Shown: positions 39,748-51,296 of the stretch, one piece after another
How positions within the stretch are numbered: position 1 is the stretch's first letter
How the letters are laid out: each line of letters opens with the position of its first letter
Assembly (NCBI GenBank): GCA_043228905.1
Contig: JBHGNT010000014.1
Location: 9,362,001 to 9,426,000, forward strand
Origin: Azolla caroliniana
Taxonomy: Eukaryota; Plantae; Polypodiophyta
DNA: 64,000 bases
Reading direction: 5' to 3'
Notes under the pieces: model-generated
Seen by the model: the letters and a program-made list of their open reading frames with translations, nothing else
What the model was told of the DNA's origin: nothing
Databases searched by the model: none
Translations under genes and position numbers: made by a program

Positions 39748-42700
39748 CATTGTACTCCTTGGTGATCCAGAACGGTCCGGTCCATCGAAACCACAACTTT
39801 CCCGGCATGTTCCCCATCCGTGTCTGGAATAGTAGTACCAGTTTCCCGACCTCGAACTCCTTTTCATTGCCACGCCGGTGTCGGTCCACGAAGGCTTTTC
39901 TCCTCCTTTGCTCCAGTTCGAGTTGTAGTAAGCTGGCTATTCAGTTTTCCTCTAATTCCAACAACGCCACCAGCCGGATTCGTTCGGACTTGTTCTCACT
40001 TAAGCGCTCCTTCACCTGAATCCGTAAGCTAGGGATCTGGAACTCTACCGGCATGACCGCTTCTAACCCGAATGCTAGTCGGAACGGGGTTGTCCGGATG
40101 TGGTCGCCAAAATAGTGTTGTCTGTCTGGCCGGACTAGCCTCAACACAGGTGTCTATCCGACACTTCTCCAAAGGGGTGGTAAGGATTGGATGCTAGGTT
40201 ACACGCATAAGATGATTACAATTAAGCACAGATGGTAAACAATACAAGATACAGATAAACACGCAATAATTACTATTGTATTACTTCCGTCCAAAAACTT
40301 TACAAATCATCGGATCCTTTTATAGGCATCCGGCAAGGTTACGATCGGTGCGCTTAGGCAACCGACATCCGAATCGGTCCGGATCCGGATCGGTACAACT
40401 GTACCGGATCCGTCCCTCCGAATAATAATTCTACTATTATTTACTTCCTATTATCCGATCCGATTCCGCCTTCCCACTTGTCCTTGCTCTTCTGACCGGC
40501 CAACAAAGACTTTGTCGTGCTCTCCCCGCGCAAGGAAGCAAGGAGACGATTCACGCACAAAGAGAAGGAGAAGAAGAAGATGCCGGAATACAAAATCGGC
40601 AACGCTGAGTCGGATTGGTGCGAATCCGACTCTAGAAAAGATGAAGGCGGATCTTTGGCAACGAAGACCGAACCGGTCAAGCGGGACCTCAAACCGGGTA
40701 ATACCAAGTTACATCATTCTTCCCGAAGAACCCCGTGACCCGATACGGGTACAATGAGTACATGGCGCATCACTATGTGTACATGACCAAGGTGGCGAAA
40801 GTGCGTGAGCCGGAGAGCTCCGCAGAAGCGGCAAAGGACGCAAGTTGGCGTGCCGCTATGGAGGAAGAAATGCGGGCACTTGATGCCAACGACACATGGG
40901 ACCTACTTGACCCTCCCCGACGCTGTAAACCGATCGGATGTAAGTGGGTGTACAAGATAAAGTACAATGTCAACGGTTTGGTAAACCGGTACAAGGCCCT
41001 GTTAGTGGCGAAGGGATACGTGCAAACCCACGGAATCGACTACAACGAGACCACGGAATTGACTACGACGAGACCTTCGCTCCGGTAGCGAAGATGACAA
41101 TGGTTTGTGTGGTGCTAGCGATTGCTACGGAAAGGGGGTGGCATCTTCACTAGATGGACGTGAAGAATGTTTTTCTTCAAGGCGATCTTGAAGAAGAGGT
41201 CTTTATGACCCAACCCCCTGGTTTTCAGTCAGAGATGAACAAGTTGGCGGTATGCCGGCTAAAGAAGTCACTTTATGGCCTGAAGCAAGCCCCTGAGCTT
41301 GGAATGCAAAGATTACGCACCGGTTGCGTAAGATGGGGTTTGCGGCCTCCAAGTCTGACTCTTTGTTGTTCATCTGGCAAGGTCTGGACGGTCCGGTTTG
41401 CATCTTGCTGTATGTTGATGATCTAGTCATCACCGGACCCGGACTCGATGAAATCAACTGAGTCAAGTCCCAGCTGTCAGAAGCATTTGAGATGAAGGAC
41501 GTGGGGGACCTTCACTATTTCCTCAGGATCGAAGTGATCCGAGCCCCCGACGGCATATTGCTCTCACAGAGACACTATGTGTTGAATATGTTGTACAAGT
41601 TCGGCATGACGTAATCCCGACCGATCTCCACACCCCTGGACCAGAACCAAAAGCTTTGTCCCAACTCCGGACCGGCCTACGATGAGAAACGGTTCCGACA
41701 AATTGTCGGAAGCCTTATATATTTGACCATCACCCGAGCCGACATCAGCTATTCGATCGGTGTGATTAGCCATTTCATGCTGAACTCGATCGTAGAGCAT
41801 CTTCAATGCGCACACCAAATACTGCGGTATGTGAGCGGCACGAAGGACTAGGAACTGTTATACCGGCATGGTATAACCGAAGAGCTAGTCGGTTACACGG
41901 ATGTCGACTGGGCCGGCAATGCATCAGATCGCCGATCAACTTCCGGTTACATGTTTTCCCCACGTAGCGTGGTTGTTGCGTGGAGCAGCAAAAAGCAGCC
42001 AACAGTGGCTCTGTCGAGCACTGAGGCTAAGTATCGGGGTGCTACTGTTGCCACCTGTGAAGCCATTTGGGTTCGGCGACTCCTGCAAGACCTATGGATC
42101 GCCAAGAACCCAATATTCCATGCTCGCACAAAGCACATAGAAGTGCACTACCACTTCATGTGTGAGCATGTCCTGAGCAGTGAAGTCGAACTTCAGTATG
42201 TTCATACGGATCGGCAAGTTGCCGAAATCTTCACCAAACCGCTCGGATCGGACAAGTTGCAGCACTTCACCGATATGCTTGGTGTTCAGCATCTCGACAT
42301 GCCACACTTGAGGGGGAGAACGGGCAAAGACACCAGCAAAGACACCGGAATAGGCAAAGGCAAAGAGACTGTCGATTGTGTCGGTAAGGGAAGAGCCGAC
42401 AAGAGGAGAGACAAGAAGAAGAAAGGAACCGAGTCAACAGAGGAAGTTGACACATCCGAACAAGTCGGAACAAGCGGTTGCGGCGGCAGAGTCAAGAAGG
42501 ACAGAGCCGACCGAAAGAAGAAGGCCAAAACCTGGATATGGTCCAATGCGGTAAGTGCCGGAGTCGCAACAACGAGGGAGCTGAATTGGGCATGTTGAGC
42601 AAACGAGCCGACCGAGAAGGTCGAGGTGCGCAGAACAAGAGGGGTTGCAACAAACAGAACCGGACCGGACGAAGAGCGCGAGCAAGGCGGAGCGACACCA

Positions 42701-43146
42701 GAAAGAGCCGGGTAGAAGGACCGGTTGTCACAGACGTTGACACTACAACCGGACCTCAAGTTGAGCTTGAGGGGGAGTGTTGAGCGGCAAGCTCAACTGG
42801 AGCCGGATCGGTTGAATAAGCCTGAGCCGGTGAGCGAGGCGGATCGGTGAGCCGGTGATCAACCAGTGAGCAAAAGAGCTGGTGAGCTGGGGAGCCGGTT
42901 AGCCGGATCCAGCAATAACCAAAAGCCTAGTAATAGCTTAGATTACTAGGTAGTTATTGTCTCTTAGTTAGTGTCTGACGCTCGTGTGAGCATTGAAGTA
43001 CGATGTACTTCTGTCAGTCCCATAAGGACTTGTATAAATAGTGTTGTTGAGCACGTTGTATGTACAGAGTGTTGATATAATTTTTGAATTTAGATTCTTG
43101 TTCTGCTCTCTTTGTCTCTCCCTTGTACTCTCTGTATTCTGTGTAT

Positions 43147-43184
<38 letters not shown>

Positions 43185-45263
43185 TGCTATGTAGCCAAGC
43201 TGTTGTCTTACGCTTCCGCACATACGCTTCCACACAAAGGAAGTCTGAGTGAGCCGAGATGTCAAATTCAACGAGTCGTCATAATGGTACTCCCTACCGA
43301 CCCCGACCCTCGACAACTACGACTACCCGATCATTGAGGATGAGGCCAGTGAACCTGGCATGATTCGGGTAGAAGAAGAAGACGAAGAAGATTTAGGTAC
43401 TCTGGAAGAGAGTCTGATCTCATTCCAGGTAAGTGGGCCGAATGAGAGATTGAGTAAAATTGACCAGTCCGATGAAGAGCTGACGAGTGTTGAGGACTCG
43501 ACCGTGCATTCCCCATACAAGGAACCGAGGACATGACGGTTCACACATAAAGAGAAAGGGAAGAAGAAGATGTTGGAGTAGGGCACAGACAAGGCAAACT
43601 CGGATTGGAATGAATCCGACGCCAAAAAGAATGAAAACGGAGCTTCGGAAACGAAGTCTGAGTTAGCCAAGAGGGCCCTCAAATCGGCAAACAAGAAATT
43701 ACATCGATCGACCCACCAAAAGAATCTCGTGAAGCGGTACAGATATAATGAGTACATGGCACATCATGATGCGTACATGACGAAAGTGGCGGAAGTGCGT
43801 GAGCCAGAGAGCTATGCAAAAGCAACAATAGACGCGAATTGGTGTGCCGCAATGGAGGAAGAGAATGGAGGAAGAGATGTGAGCAGTAACGGAGAATGAG
43901 ACGTGAGACCTAGTTGACGCCTCCAAGGGTGTAAAGCCTATCAGATGTAGGTGGTTGTACAAGATCAAGTACAACGCCGATGGCTCCATCAACCGGTACA
44001 AGGCCCAGTTAGTCGCCAAGTTAGTCAACTATGATGACACGTTTACGCTAGTCGCAAAGATGACGACCGTTTGTATCTTGCTTGCGGTCGCGGCGGCGAA
44101 GGGTTGGGTTTTGCACCAGATGGATGTGAAGCATTCCTACAACGAGAACTTGAGGAACAAGTACACATGGTGCAACCACTCGGATTTCAGTCTTGAATCA
44201 ATATGTCAGTTGTATGCCGACTAAAGAAGTCTGTTTACGTATTAAAGCAAGCCACGGGTGCTTGGAACACGAAGATCACGCAGCGCCTATGTCGGATGCG
44301 GTTTGCTACATCCAAGTCGGACTCTTCACTCTTCATCCGGCAAGGTCGGCATGGGTCGGTAAGTCTTTTACTCTATGTCGATGATTTAGTCATCACTGGC
44401 ACCGACCTAGAAGAAATCGATTGCGTGAAGTCTCAACTTGCGGCATCATTTGAGATGAAGGACATGGGGGACCTTCACTACTTCCTCGAGATAGAAGTGA
44501 TAGACACCCCCACCGGCAGATTATTATTACAGAGACAATATGTACTAAATATGTTGTACAAGTTCGGCATGACGGATTGCCGACCGGTCTCAACACCCCT
44601 TGACCGGAATCAAACGGTCCTAACTCCGGACTGTCCTACAACGAGAAATGGTTCCAAAAAATTCTCAAAAGCCTAATATATCTTACTATCACCCAACCCG
44701 ACATCAGCTATCCGGTCGGGGTGATAAGTCAGTTTATGCAGCAACCGACCATCGAGCACCTTCAGTGCACGCATCCCCTACTGCGATATGTGGGCAGCAC
44801 TAAGGATTGAGGACTATTGTACTGACATGGTGTGACTGTCATGATATGGCAAGACTCGAACCCATGACCTTATGGTATATGGGTCGAGCTCTTAACCATC
44901 ACACTATCTATTGTAATTCATAGGATATTATTTTCATTTATGTTTTATTATAAGAAAGTAATGTATATTCCAGATTTCTTTGGAACATTCTAGAAGTTTC
45001 AGGATTACTCCTGACAACACTATAAAAGAAGGCACTAGGCATTATGTTGAACCAAATTGGTTCAACGCCAGTCTTAAGCCTCTCAGCCGCTTTGTACTTA
45101 TCTTTTCACATAATATATTAGCTGCTGTCATCATCTTTCTCTCTCTCTCTCCTCTTCTCACTTCCTCTCTCAGGAATCTTACGTAGTCCCGTCCTCTTAG
45201 TACTAATAGTACTGCTCTTCTTAGTACTAATTCCATCTCTGCTTTAGTACTATTCCTGACAGT

Positions 45264-45275
45264 TTGAACCAATTT
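45264..45275 (+). promoter_or_regulatory. Self-priming-type primer binding site of element M
   Basis: TTGAACCAATTT, 2 nt after the 5' LTR, is the exact complement of LTR 45054-45065 (33 nt after TATAAAA at 45021). No TGG-initiated tRNA PBS is present. Confidence 0.75.
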
Positions 45276-45334
45276 TTCCTTTCCTCCAGCCTACTTGTCA
45301 TTCTCCCTCCTCCTCCTACCCTTTTCCCTATACT

Positions 45335-46189
45335 ATGGCTACTGTTAGTGCCCAAGAATATCAATCCGTTTTCTCCAAGTTACAGTGCCTAAAAGAAAAG
45401 TTTGTTGCCCTGGAACAAGAAAACCAACGGTTGATAGGGGATCTCCAACAAATCGCTCTCGAAAAACAACAAACGCAACAACAACATGGGGAGTTAGCAT
45501 TACGGGTACAACAACTCGAAGCAGCGTTGCAACAACAAGGATCAAGTCCCCAAGGATTTCATAAAGAGCCCAAGATTGGACTTCCTGTGAAATTTGATGG
45601 AACGCGATCGCAATTCCGGGGATTCCTTAATCAAGTACGCTTAGTCATCCGGATGCATCCTTCCCGATATCCCACTGATGCATCTCGAGTCGGCCTAATA
45701 GGCACGTTACTTAGCGGCTCAGCCTTGGCATGGTTCGCTCCGCTTCTAGAAAAACAATCACCCTTGCTTAATAACTTTGAGGATTTTAGTGGTGAGTTTA
45801 AAGCCTGCTTTGGAGATACTCACAGCATCAGGACGGCGATCAACAAGATCCGAAGATTGCGTCAAGGCGATCGTCCAGCCTCTGCCTACGCGGCGGATTT
45901 CCTTCTACTCGCCTCAGATATTCCCTGGGATGATCAGGCCCTCATGGAGCAGTTTCGCTACGGCTTGCGCAATGATGTCAGAGATCTGCTTTTAACCTTC
46001 CCCGAAGAGCCAAAGTCTCTTACGGAGGCAATCAGTCGAGCGGTCCGATGCTACAACCGCCTTTTCAAACGGCGTTCGGAGCGTCAGTTACAAATACCAC
46101 GCTCTCGGCTAGAACCCACATACGCCTCAGTCACGGCTAAACCGTTTGCACGTATGTCATCAGTAATCCGTGAATCCATCGAGGTGTGA
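45335..46189 (+). pseudogene. gag: C-terminally truncated gag of element M
   Basis: Closely similar to B's gag until [10 protein letters not shown], then reads into the inverted segment. The zinc knuckle is lost. Confidence 0.88.
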
Positions 46190-48323
46190 AAAATCCGCGT
46201 CGTGTGCAATCGTGTTGGTCCCAAGATTACTTGCTTTTTGATTATCAAATTTGGATCACCAGGACGAGGTGCAAGATATGAACGCCGTGATAGTGCATCT
46301 GCTTTTCCTTGGTGCTTCCCCGGTCGATATGTGATTTTGAAGTCGAAACGCGTGAGGAATTGCGCCCACCGAGCTTGCCGTCAATTTAGTATGCAAGCGT
46401 TCTGGAAATAAGCAAGATTTTTATGAACACTAAAGACAACAACCTGATGTGGAGAGCCCTCTAAGAAATGCTGCCATTACACAAATGAATCACGATGGCT
46501 AATAACTCCTTGTCATGTATTTCGTAGTTGATTTCCTCAACATCGAATTTGCGCGAATGGAAAGCCACCGGATGCAACTCTTCTTTATCTCCTTGTTGAG
46601 AAAGGATGCTACCAAGGGCGAAATCTAAAGCATCGGCCTCCATGATGAATGGTTTGCTAGTATCCACATGAGCTAGAATCGGTGCTGATGTAAAGGCTTT
46701 CTTAAGATGCCGAAAAGCCATATCTGCTTTAATGGACTAAAGAAATGCTTGGCCCTTCTTCGTAAGTTGTGTGAGGGGTAAGATAATCTTCGAGTAATCC
46801 TGTATAAACTTACGGTAGAGGTTAGCAAAACCTAGAAAACATTGTACATCTCGTACCGACCGTGGAATTCGCCACTCTAGTACAGTTTGGACTTTAGCTG
46901 GATCCATGGCGATGCCCTTTGAGGAGATGACGTAGCCTAGAAATTCCACTTGCTTGCAGTCAAAGCTACATTTTCCTAGCTTGGCATAAAGACCATTCTC
47001 GCGGAGTCGCTTTAGTACTAATAATACATGAGAATCGTGCTCTTGCTGGGTCTTCGAATAAATCAATAGATCATCAAGATAGATGATCAAACAGATATCC
47101 AAGAGCTCTCTGAATATATCATTTGCCATGTGTTGGAAGACTGCGGGTGCATTGGTTAGGCCGAACGGCATAACAGTATACTCGAAATGCCCATACCGCG
47201 TGCGAAAGGCGGTCTTCCATTCATCTCCCGGTCAGATCCGCACGAGGTTATACGCTCCTCGCAGATCGATTTTGGTAAAAAACTTGGCACCATTAACTCG
47301 CTCTAAAAGACTTGATATAAGAGGAAGTGCATACCTATTCCGGATGGTGACCTTATTCAATCCACGGTAATCAACGACGAGACGAAGTGAGCCATCTTTC
47401 TTCTTGACAAAGAAGATGGGTGCACCGGCCGAAGATTTCGAATGACGGATGAACCCGCTTGCCAAGTCATCCTCTATGTAGGCTCGAAGGACTTCTAACT
47501 CGGTGGGTGACAAGTTGTAAATTGGTCCCCATGGTGGCTCGGTTCCTGGTTGTAAATCGATAGGACAGTCATAGGGACGGTGATGAGGAAGGGTACAGGC
47601 TTTTACCTTGTCAAATACATCGGCATAAGGATGATATTTTGCCTGAAGTTGTACTGAGGAGTCCTTAATAGTGCTGGAAGGATGTACTGATATTGCAAAT
47701 AGGATTACTCGAAGATTATCTTACCCCTCACACAACTTACGAAGAAGGGCCAAGCATTTCTTTGGTCCATTGAAGTAGATATGGCTTTTCGGCATCTTAA
47801 GAAAGCCTTTACATCAGCACCGATTCTAGCTCATGTGGATACTAGCAAACCATTCATCATGGAGGCCGATGCTTCAGATTTCGCCCTTGGTAGCATCCTT
47901 TCTCAACAAGGAGATAAAGAAGAGTTGCATCCGGTGGCTTTCCATTCGCGCAAATTCGATGTTGCGGAAATCAACTACGAAATACATGACAAGGAGTTAT
48001 TAGCCATCGTGGATTCATTTGTGCAATGGCGGCATTTCTTAGAGGGCTCTCCACATCAGCTTGTTGTCTTTAGTGATCATAAAAATCTTGCTTATTTCCA
48101 GAATGCTCGCGTACTAAAATCGACGACAAGCTCGGTTGGCGCAATTCCTCACGCGTTTCGACTTCAAAATCACATATTGACCGGGGAAGCAGCAAGGAAA
48201 AGCAGATGCACTATCACGGCGTTCATATCTTGCACCTCGTCCTGGTGATCCAACATTTGATAATCAAAAGCAAGTAATCTTGGGACGAACACGATTGCAC
48301 ACGACGCGGTTTTTCACACCCCG

Positions 48324-49835
48324 ATGGATTCACGGATTACCGATGACATACGTGCAAACTTGAAGACGGATAGTTTTGCTCAAGACATCCTGACGCACAT
48401 TGATACTTCTCGGGCATCCTGTTCTCAGTCTCAAAAACCAGGTATTGACTACCGACAATTCGAATATCATGATGGTTTGTTATTCTTTAAAAAGCGCGTA
48501 TATGTCCCCGATTGCTCCTGTCGCCTTCAAATCATCCAACATTGTCACGACACCCATACGGCGGGACATTTCGGTAGTACTAAGACGTTGGAGCTAGTGC
48601 AACGATCTTTTTGGTGGCCCCACATGCGCCGTTTTGTCGACGACTACGTTCGGACCTGTGATGCTTGCTGCCGAGCAAAGATGCCACGACACCATCCATA
48701 TGGCTTGTTGGAACCCTTACCGATTCCAAGTAAGCCGTGGCAGTCTATTTGTCTTGATTTTATCACAGATCTGCCGGTCTCGCAGGGGTTCGAGGCTATC
48801 TTAACCATCGTTGATCGGTATACGAAGATGGCACATTTTGTTCCGTGTACTAAGGCCATCAGTAGCGAGCAAACCGCCGCCCTAGTCATGCGTGAGGTAT
48901 TTCAGCATCATGGCCTCCTAGACAGTATCATCAGTGACCGAGGACCGCAATTTGTCTCCAAATTTTGGCAGCATCTCTTCAAGATGCTCAAGGTCTCTTT
49001 CAACCTCTCCTCCGGCTACCATCCTCAGACCGATGGGCAGGCAGAACGAACAAACCAAACGCTGGAGCAATATCTCCAGTGTTTCCTGAGTTATCAACAA
49101 GACGATTGGGCCGAGATTCTCCACTTTGCGGAGTTTGCGTATAATAATGTTGTTCACTCCTCGACTCGAGTCTCCCCATTCTACGCTTATACCGGTTCTC
49201 ATCCTCGCTGGTCGGTGATCGACACCCAGGAGCTACCTACCAATCCTCGTGCCGGGGATCATTTGGAGAGACTACGCAAGATTCAGACAGATCTCTCGAC
49301 TAATCTTCGTCATGCTCAACAGACACAGAAGACTTACGCGGATCGTCATCGGCTTCCCTCGTCTTTTGCCATCGGAGATCGAGTATGGCTCTTACGTCGT
49401 CACATCAAGACTACTCGACCGTGCAACAAGTTGGATTATCGACGACTCGGTCCTTTCCGTATTTCGGGTAAAGTTTATGATGTCACATTCCGCCTTGATC
49501 TCCCTCCGCAGCTTCAGATACATCCAGTTTTCCATTGTTCTCTTCTTGAACCTTATAAAGCAAACACCATTCCCGATCGTGTTACACCACCGCCGCCCCC
49601 GCTGGAGTTGGACGCCGGCCCGGAGTATGAAGTTGCTGCCATCCTCGATTCCAAACTTATTCGCAACAAACTTTATTATTTGGTCGATTGGGTTGGTTAT
49701 AGTCCGAGCGAACGCACTTGGGAACCCGTCGAGCATGTTGCCAATGCTCAGGATCTGCTTGCTGATTTCCACCGAAAGTATCCGGACAAACCCGGTCCGC
49801 AATCAGCGCCGACTCGTTCCACTCGTCGTCTTTAA
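48324..49835 (+). CDS. pol: Integrase plus chromodomain portion of pol of element M (open frame, not independently initiated)
   Basis: HHCC zinc finger, LDFITDL, SDRGPQF, HPQTDGQAER, GPF motif and chromodomain EYEVAAILDSK..TWEP. Confidence 0.85.
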   Translation: MDSRITDDIRANLKTDSFAQDILTHIDTSRASCSQSQKPGIDYRQFEYHDGLLFFKKRVYVPDCSCRLQIIQHCHDTHTAGHFGSTKTLELVQRSFWWPHMRRFVDDYVRTCDACCRAKMPRHHPYGLLEPLPIPSKPWQSICLDFITDLPVSQGFEAILTIVDRYTKMAHFVPCTKAISSEQTAALVMREVFQHHGLLDSIISDRGPQFVSKFWQHLFKMLKVSFNLSSGYHPQTDGQAERTNQTLEQYLQCFLSYQQDDWAEILHFAEFAYNNVVHSSTRVSPFYAYTGSHPRWSVIDTQELPTNPRAGDHLERLRKIQTDLSTNLRHAQQTQKTYADRHRLPSSFAIGDRVWLLRRHIKTTRPCNKLDYRRLGPFRISGKVYDVTFRLDLPPQLQIHPVFHCSLLEPYKANTIPDRVTPPPPPLELDAGPEYEVAAILDSKLIRNKLYYLVDWVGYSPSERTWEPVEHVANAQDLLADFHRKYPDKPGPQSAPTRSTRRL

Positions 49836-51144
49836 GGGGGAGATAGTGTCATGATATGGCAAGACTCGAACCCATGACCTTATGGTATATGAGTCGAGCT
49901 CTTAACCATCACACCATCTATTGTAATTCATAAAATATTATTTTCATTTATGTTTTATTATAAGAAAGTAATGTATATTCCAGATTTCTCTGGAACATTC
50001 TAGAAGTTTCAGGATCACTTTTGACAACACTATAAAAGAAGGCACTAGGCATTATGTTGAACCAAATTGGTTCAACGCCAGTCTTAAGCCTCTCAGCCGC
50101 TGTGTACTTATTTTTTCACATAATATATTAGCTGTTGTCATCATCTTTCTCTCTCTCTCTCTCCTCTTCTCACTTCCTCTCCCGGGAATCTTACACAATC
50201 CCGTCCTCTTAGTACTAATAGTACTGCTCTTCTTAGTACTAATTCCATCTCTGCTTTAGTACTATTCCTGACAGTGACTAGGCAGGTGATGTGTCAGATC
50301 GTCGGTCAACATTTGGCTTTATGTTCTCTCTTGGTAGCGCGGTTGTTGCATGGACCAACAAGAAGCAGTCGACACTAGCTCTGTCAAGCAATGAGGTTGA
50401 GTATCGAGGAGCTACCATCGCGACCTGTGAAACCATACGGTTTCATCAACTACTACAAGACCTCTAGATCGAAGTACCAACTCCGATCCCGATCTACTAT
50501 GACAACATAAGTAGCATGTAGCTGGCCAAGAACCCTGTGTTCAATGTTCGGACGAAGCACATAGAAGTGCATTATCACTTTGTGCACGAGCAGGTTCTGA
50601 GTAGTGAAGTCGGAACTACGGTATGTTCGAACGGATCGGAAGGTTGGTGACATCTTCACCAAGATACTCTGATTGGACAAGTTGCAGCACTTTTCAGATA
50701 TGCTTGGACTGCAGCATCTTGACGTGCCACACTTGAGGAGGACAATCGGAATAGGAACCAAGAGAACCTGTAACAGCACGAGAGAAGCAGCCAGAAAGAA
50801 GAAGGAAAAGACCAAAATAGAGGGAAACAAGAAGAAAAAGGAGGCCGAGTTGACTGAAGATGTTAGCACATCCGATAAAGTCAGAACAAGCGGTAGTGGC
50901 AGCCGAATCAAGAAGGACATGGCCGACCGGAAGATAAAGACCAAGACCCAGACATGGTCTAAGATTGAAGACTCAGAAGAGCTAGAACGAATTGGAGACA
51001 ACCGACTCAGAAGAGGTGCTCATTTCGGAGGAGCCAAATCAACAGAAGGCCAAATGGACAAGAAGGCAACGGAAGTTGACACCGACACGGAGGAGCCGAC
51101 AGGTCGAGCAATGTCGAAGTCACAGCAGCGAAGGAATTTGACGG

Positions 51145-51296
51145 TGTCAGGAATAGTACTGAGACAGAGAGGAAATTAGTACTAAGAGATGAATATTAGT
51201 ACTAAGAGAAAAAGAGGGTGTAGAACACTCGAGAGAAGGAGAGAGAGAGAGAGAGAGAGAGAGAATGATGATGATAGCGATATATTATGTGAAAAG
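51145..51296 (-). mobile_element. Fragment of a B/M-family chromovirus LTR, cut by element N
   Basis: Begins TGTCAGGAATAGTACT like 3547 and 16368 and follows that LTR through the (GA)n tract. Confidence 0.8.

Larger units (their letters stand above)
30532..40505 (-). mobile_element. Element K: non-autonomous Athila/Tat-like Ty3/gypsy with a large extra ORF, interrupted by L
   Basis: TSD AAGAC at 30527-30531 and 40506-40510. 390-bp LTRs at 30532-30921 and 40116-40505 (about 4 substitutions). PBS TGGCGACCACA (tRNA-Arg-like) at ~40099-40109 fused directly to an integrase C-terminus (TPFRLAFGLEAVMPVEF..KLWFRWTGPF..NGFRLKPY). Confidence 0.9.
27287..43234 (+). mobile_element. Element J: Ty1/copia (G-related) inserted in H, itself interrupted by K
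   Basis: TSD CAAAG at 27282-27286 and 43235-43239. LTRs 27287-27721 (partly duplicated at 27792-28092) and 42778-43234. Met PBS at 27722 and 28093. Decayed gag-pol at 28194-30531 and 40511-42598. PPT at 42767-42777. Confidence 0.92.
44837..50273 (+). mobile_element. Element M: Tcn1-like chromovirus (B family) with an internal inversion/duplication
   Basis: TSD GTGAC at 44832-44836 and 50274-50278. LTRs 44837-45261 and 49847-50273. PPT at 49834-49846. Gag 45335-46150, inverted RT-RH 46144-47704, forward RH-IN-chromodomain 47701-49835. Confidence 0.94.
17981..51144 (+). mobile_element. Element H: old Ty1/copia (G-related) split by D, I, J and M
   Basis: Short remnant 5' LTR at 17981-18062 and degenerate Met PBS at 18063. 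Collinear gag-pol pieces at 18145-19415, 25826-26190, 26720-27286, 43240-44836 and 50279-51144 rejoin across each TSD. No 3' LTR seen. Confidence 0.82.
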
